40,035 nucleotides of DNA, taken from assembly GCA_032718475.1 (NCBI GenBank), contig JAUCBJ010005726.1, positions 1 to 40,035 on the forward strand, read 5' to 3'. A program made the translations under genes and the position numbers. Below are positions 34,288 through 40,035 of this stretch, in pieces. Each line of letters begins with the position of its first letter. Positions within the stretch are counted from its first letter, which is position 1. A model generated the notes under the pieces. It searched no databases, had not been told where the DNA came from, and saw only the letters and a program-made list of their open reading frames with translations. The stretch is from Nemertoderma westbladi. Lineage: Eukaryota; Animalia; Xenacoelomorpha.

Positions 34288-37200
34288 ATGATGAACGACC
34301 CGCCGAATTTTAATGACACGCTGGAACTTCACCCGGACCAACTTGATGATATTCCTCGATCAGATCTAATGATCCACTGCGACAATCTAGGAGTCAAATA
34401 CACGACGAAAACGTCTACAGTAACCCTTAGAATAAAACTCGCACGGGCGCTGCAAGAGGATAGCGACGAGATTAAAACTCCGGGAGAAACAGCCAGTGGT
34501 TATAACTTCGATGTGGGGGCTCTTATAAAATACCTCGTTGATCGCGATGACGCCCGCCAGGCCGATGAAGAGCGACGACGAATGGATGAAGAACACCGCC
34601 GCTCTGTAGAAATGGAGCATCTACTAACTATTGCTCAAGGAGGGAATCGCCACAGCGAACCCCACGAGCAGAGGAACATTCCCACTGGTGCAAAACTTCA
34701 GGTACGTTCCCCGGACGTTTTAGACGTACTGATGAAGTATCGCCAATTCAAACATTGGGAAACTTCGTGGCTAAACTATGTGCAAATAACTAACTTGGCC
34801 AGTAAACCCCGTCAGGACCATGTGGCCGCTCTCTTTTCGTACTGCCACCCAGATTTTTTAAACCGAATCCAATACACCATGGGGATTCCCCGGGACACAG
34901 AAAAAACAATGGATGAAATCCTAAGTGAAATCCGTGCGTATCTGAGGGAAGAACAAAATCTTACCGTTGACAGGTACGAGCTGGTTCGCCAAAAACAGCA
35001 AGAAGGGCAGGATTTCGAAGAATTCTATATCCGCCTTCGTGAGTTAGCGGATGATGCCATGGTAGAGTCCACGACAATAGACGATTGGATAATGACCCTT
35101 CTTGCATGTGGCCTCAGAGACGATGAAACCCGGCGGGAAATATTCAGTAAAAAACCTGCCCTATCCCTCACTGAAACCGTGGACTTCTGTCGCAACCGCG
35201 AACTTGCCACCAAGGAAGGACAGCGGCTCAAACATGAGGTTAAAGCTGTGCAACAATATTCCCAAGGTGGACAACAACGCGGGCGCTCTAAAAGTCGCTA
35301 CAGACAACAGAAGGAAGGGAGAAATTATAGCAGAAACCCTTCAAACTCCCAAAACCGAAAACCGGTGCCCAAAGATAAAGGTATGTGTTATCGGTGCGGT
35401 GGCCATTGGCCACATGACAACCAAAACCCCTGCCTAGCCGAAGGTATAAAATGTCTTAACTGTGGCAAGAAAGGGCATCTAAGTAAATGCTGCCAATCAA
35501 ACAAGGTGAAACCCAAAGTTTCTGGCGCCATAATGATCGCTGAAATTGGAGATAATAAAATGCATAATAAACCTTTTATTCAAATAAAATTCCATCTTGT
35601 TGGTGGGGACTTCCTGGGGAATAAAGTTTGCATCGCCGACACAGGTGCGCAAGTAACAGCAGCCGGTATAGCAGTTCTACACGACTGGCGACTTACACAA
35701 CACGACCTCGAGGATCCAGACGCTCCACTGTCAGCCGCCAATGGCAAACCTATCCAATGTATAGGTCAACTTAAACTCAAACAAACACTGGGGAATAATG
35801 AATTTACTGACTGGGTTTATATATGCCCTGGAATCAACCACGGTGAAATATATTTATCTCTTCCTTCATGCAAAGGCCTGGGTATTGTACATGAACGATT
35901 TCCCACGCCAGTCCACCAACTCAGTGGGATTGAGCCTTCATCTGAGCAAGAGGTGGATGATAATACCTCAAGGAAAGGGATAAACTCCGAGAAGGAAAAA
36001 GAAAAACTTCTCAGCGAGTTTGCCGATGTATTCTTCAGTGAGGGTGACCGGTTGAAAACCATGACCGGCCCACCTATGGAGATTAAGCTGGTCGACAATG
36101 CAAAACCGTTCAAATTATACACCCACCGTTCAATTCCGTATGCCTATCGCGATAAAGCGAAGGAAGCTATTGACGGAATGCTCGCCAATGGTATAATTGA
36201 ACGTATCGGCGATCGATCGACCGACTGGGTTCACCCAATGGTTATATGCCCCAAGCCAAACCGCCCTGGCGAAATCCGTGTAACCATTGACCTAACTAAA
36301 CTGAACCACCAAGTAAAGCGACCAGTCCACAATAGCCGCTCACCTTGGGATATAATTTCCAACAGAAACCCGAACTCCAACCTGTTTACATCTTTGGCTA
36401 CTGGCAGATTAAGTTGGCTGAGTTGAGCCGAGATCTCACAACATTTATAACACCGTGGGGGTGTTTTCGGTATTGTAGAGCCCCCATGGGCCTAATAAGT
36501 ACTGGAGATTCATACAACTACCGTGGGGACATGGCGTTACTGGGACTAGAAAATGTGCACAAAATTGTGGATGATATCCTCATAGAAAGCAGTGATATCA
36601 ACCAGCACATATCCCATGTTCGGGCAGTCCTGCAACGTTGTCGAGAAAACTCCATTACACTTCACCCTGACAAATTTAATTTCGCGCAGCCGAGAATTAA
36701 ATTCGCCGGTTTAATAATATCCGGACAGGGGACCGAGGCTGATCCAGAAAAAGTTCGGGGGATACAGGAGTATGATACTCCTCAAAATATAACTGATCTC
36801 CGAAGCTTCATGGGCTTGACAAATCAGCTTGGTTACTTCTCGGGGGATGTAAGTGCAGCAGCATTTCCACTCCGTGAACTACTCAGGACTCGAAATGAGT
36901 TCGTATGGACTCCCGACCATGACGATGCGTTCCAAAAGGTCAAGCAGACGCTGCTTCGACCACCCATCCTTGCTCCGTTTGACCCCAAGTGTGAGACACG
37001 CCTTGAAACAGACGCCAGCCGATTGAATGGCTTAGGCTATGATCTGTTGCAACGGCATGGGGAGGAGTTTAAACTGGTGGCATGCGCAGTCGTTTCCTCA
37101 CAGACTGTGAGACAAGGTGGGCGACCATCGAATTAGAATGTGCTGCCATAAAATATGGAATGAATAAATGCCGTCTGTACTTGGCGGGACTTCCGACTTT

Positions 37201-38804
37201 TACAGTCGTGACTGATCACCAACCATTGGTTCGCATATTCAATGTCTATACGCTAGATCAAGTCGAGAACTCAAAGATCCAGCGAATAAAGAGTGATTTA
37301 CAATCCCGATATCAGTTCCGTTTGGAGTGGATACCAGGGAAGTCCCATAGGATAGCTGATGGACTGAGCAGGAAACCCGTAGACGACCCAGACTCTCAGG
37401 AAAAATATGAATCTGAGACTACTCACATGCTCACTTCAATAATTGCCGAACTAGGTGATGACTCAGAGGAAAAAACTCAAGAACTCAATGCCAATATGGA
37501 TGACCCATTTATAAGGGAACTCAGGGAAGTGGCACTCGCTGATTCCGAATACCAGGAGTTGGTTCGAGAGATCGTTGGTGGCTTTGCATCGATCAAAAAG
37601 GCGTCACAATCAGTTCAGGAATACAAATCAATGAGAAATTCATTATCAGTTTACCGGGATCTCGCTATGTACAATGACAGACTGGTTATCCCAAAGGGGT
37701 CTCGGAGAAATGTTCTTTTACGACTGCACGCACCCCACTCTGGAATTACGCGAACAAAACAGCGTGCCCGTCAAACTGTCTACTGGCCTGGAATTGGCCA
37801 TGAAATTGAGCGAATGACTCGTGAGTGCAACGCCTGTCAAGAACGGTTGCCAAGTCTTCCCAAAGAAACTTTAAAACCAGATGACTTACCAGAACGTCCC
37901 TTCCAATGCGCTTCTGCCGACTTATTTGAAGTACGTAGTCGGCACTTTCTAGCCTATACAGACCGCTTGTCTGGGTATCCATGTGTAAATGAATGGGCTA
38001 GAGACCCTTCATCCAAACAAGTCACTGCCGCTTTGCTGCGGCATTTCGTAGACCTCGGCATCCCCAATAGACTGCGTAACGGATGGAGGACCCCAATTCG
38101 ACTCGCATTATTCTAGAACATTTTACAACCACTGGGGAGTAAACTGGGAGCCAAGTACGCCCCATTACCCCACCAGCAATGGCCACGCAGAGGCATCAGT
38201 TAAACGATTAAAGGCTCTGCTTATTAAATGTAAACAACCGGACATAAATTCTGAGGAATTCAACGAAGGCTTGATGGAAATCCGAAATTCACCAAGAGCA
38301 AATAACATTTCTCCAAGTGAAATCGTTTTTGGGCGTCTCCTCCGTACGCGACTACCTGCTCACCATTCTAAATACTCACAAGTGTGGAAAGATAAAGCTG
38401 ATTTGACCGATCAAGCGGCTGCAAACGTTCGTCAGAAAGCGGAGCAATATTACAACCAATCAGCACACGACCTTCCACCCCTCAAGATCGGAGAAGAAAC
38501 GAGGATTCAAGACCCAAAATCAAAGCGCTGGACTCATATTGGAACTGTAGTCGGGGTAGGAAGAAATCGTGACTACAGGGTGAAGTTGCCTTCTGGGCGC
38601 ACATGGTGGCGGAATCGCCGCTTTCTACAGAAATATCACGCCGCTACTGACACAGAACCCAACAAGTCTGGTTCAGAAACCAACAAGTGTAATCACGGGA
38701 CTGAAAACTTTGAAACTGAAAGTAATTCAGCTCTTCCTAGACGTAGCGATCGCCTCAGGGAGAAACACGTTAAATTCTCAAACTTTATCACTTTCTCGGA
38801 GTAA
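34288..38804 (+). pseudogene. Gypsy gag-pol polyprotein with three frame-disrupting indels
   Basis: CCHC knuckles, protease ADTGA, RT (IVDD), RNase H (TDAS, IELE, TDHQPL, ADGLSR), integrase (HHCC, ADLF, DGGPQF, SNGHAE). Breaks at ~36396, ~37086 and ~38078. Confidence 0.95.
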
Positions 38805-38875
38805 CAAACTCAACATACTTAAAAGTAACTTTTGAAGTAATAAAAAGTAACTTTTGAAGTAATAAAAAGGGGAGT

Positions 38876-39088
38876 TGTGATGGCCTGGATATTTAGTAGG
38901 TAGGCCTACAGGCACAGCGGTTACCGGTACCAGACTAAGATGGTGATGGGAAAGTGGTTGGCCCTGGAGGCCTAAAGGCTAATACTGCTGTACTGTGGTA
39001 ATTGACACCCATACATATATAATATATAATAAATATATATTAGTTGACTTTATTATTTATATGGAGCCGCACACACAAGTTCATAACA
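38876..39088 (+). repeat. Gypsy 3' LTR
   Basis: Identical to the 5' LTR. Preceded by the PPT and a 22-bp tandem duplication (38821-38864). Confidence 0.97.
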
Positions 39089-39300
39089 CATCTTATGACT
39101 CCAAGGGGGTCGAGAAACAGACATAGCTTCATTATTCTTAACAATCTGGATGTTCTTTTCTAAATCAGTTATAGTCGTCGCAAAATGTTTAGCTTGTAGG
39201 TGTTTCATATGACGGTGAAAGCCATTTCTTTATAATCTACTTTGATTGGTTGGAATTTGGAGATTATTTCTCTAGGTGGCAGTAAATAGAATATCTTCTT
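39089..39300 (-). pseudogene. BEL-2 pol remnant upstream of the Gypsy insertion
   Basis: KHLQAKHF...KLCLFLDPLGVIR matches the BEL RH-IN junction. Confidence 0.75.
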
Positions 39301-39397
39301 TGGTGTCGATTATTTATTTTGCAGAACAAATACGTAGTTAACACTTATTTATAGTTGTAACATACTATTTGTGCATAGATTATATTAATTTGCCATC

Positions 39398-40035
39398 ATG
39401 TCCAAGTCAGATATTGACACTGAACCTTTTGCTTACCACCCATCGGTAACAGCTGTCCCCCATACGGACATTCCCCCCTCTGTTGAGCAGGTTGCACTGC
39501 CAGTCCGCAGTAAGAAATCTTGGTACAGGTCCCGCATCAGGCAATTTACTGGAGGGACTGTAGACAATTTGAATGTAGATCCACCCATAGTTAGTGTTGT
39601 CCAAACTAGAGTGAATTCACCATCACTACTAGTAATGAACACATCCCCCATTATGTTTTCCCCCTCACCTAACAGCAACGAGGAATTGCACCCCCCTATT
39701 AGCAACACCCTTTCGCAGGATATTGCAGATGAAACAATTCCTGTTCACCCACACGCAAGACTAGCTTACTAGCTAGAGGAGATTGACATTTACCGGGAGA
39801 AAGTAGCAACTGGAACTATAGCTTCTGAACAGGAGTTTTATGGGGAAGAACTACATTACCTAATAAACTTAATAATAACCACCCGGATCTCCATAATTAG
39901 GTTTAATGATATGGTGTTAAGCGATCCAACTTGGTCCGACGCAATCTCTTACTGTTGAACGCAAACAGGACCTTCAGAACCGTCTGCTAGGAATATTTTA
40001 CTATTACGAAATATACGGCTCTGACAATTAAAAAA
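39398..40035 (+). pseudogene. Degenerate ORF of unknown origin
   Basis: 124-aa Pro/Ser-rich ORF whose frame continues protein-like through isolated stops to the window end. Confidence 0.35.

Larger units (their letters stand above)
34053..39088 (+). mobile_element. Ty3/Gypsy LTR retrotransposon (Mag-like), recent insertion
   Basis: Identical 213-bp LTRs 34053-34265 and 38876-39088 (TG...CA). TSD CATCT. PBS TGGCGCAG at 34266. PPT AAAAAGGGGAG just before 38876. Confidence 0.97.

Overview
Eukaryotic (probably invertebrate) DNA made almost entirely of nested transposable elements; no host gene is recognisable. The main feature is a 23.4-kb minus-strand BEL/Pao LTR retrotransposon (BEL-1, 2072-25473, 5-bp TSD TAGCT). 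Its ~1.9-kb LTRs carry a tRNA-derived Pol III cassette, and it has extra ORFs upstream of gag and downstream of integrase. A 20-nt covarying hairpin (sense GGAAGGCU-UGCG-AGCCUACC) occurs 11 times through its internal region. Its 3' LTR is interrupted by an RTE LINE (12-bp TSD), which is itself interrupted in frame by a CR1/L2-group LINE. Its 5' LTR is mostly replaced by a patchwork of TE fragments. Another LTR of the same family lies at 1-1526. A second, decayed BEL/Pao element (BEL-2) is followed by a long degenerate ORF with a DEDDy 3'-5' exonuclease-like domain and a CCHC knuckle. BEL-2 is split by a young Ty3/Gypsy element (34053-39088, identical 213-bp LTRs, TSD CATCT). All calls come from reading the sequence by eye; no searches were run.
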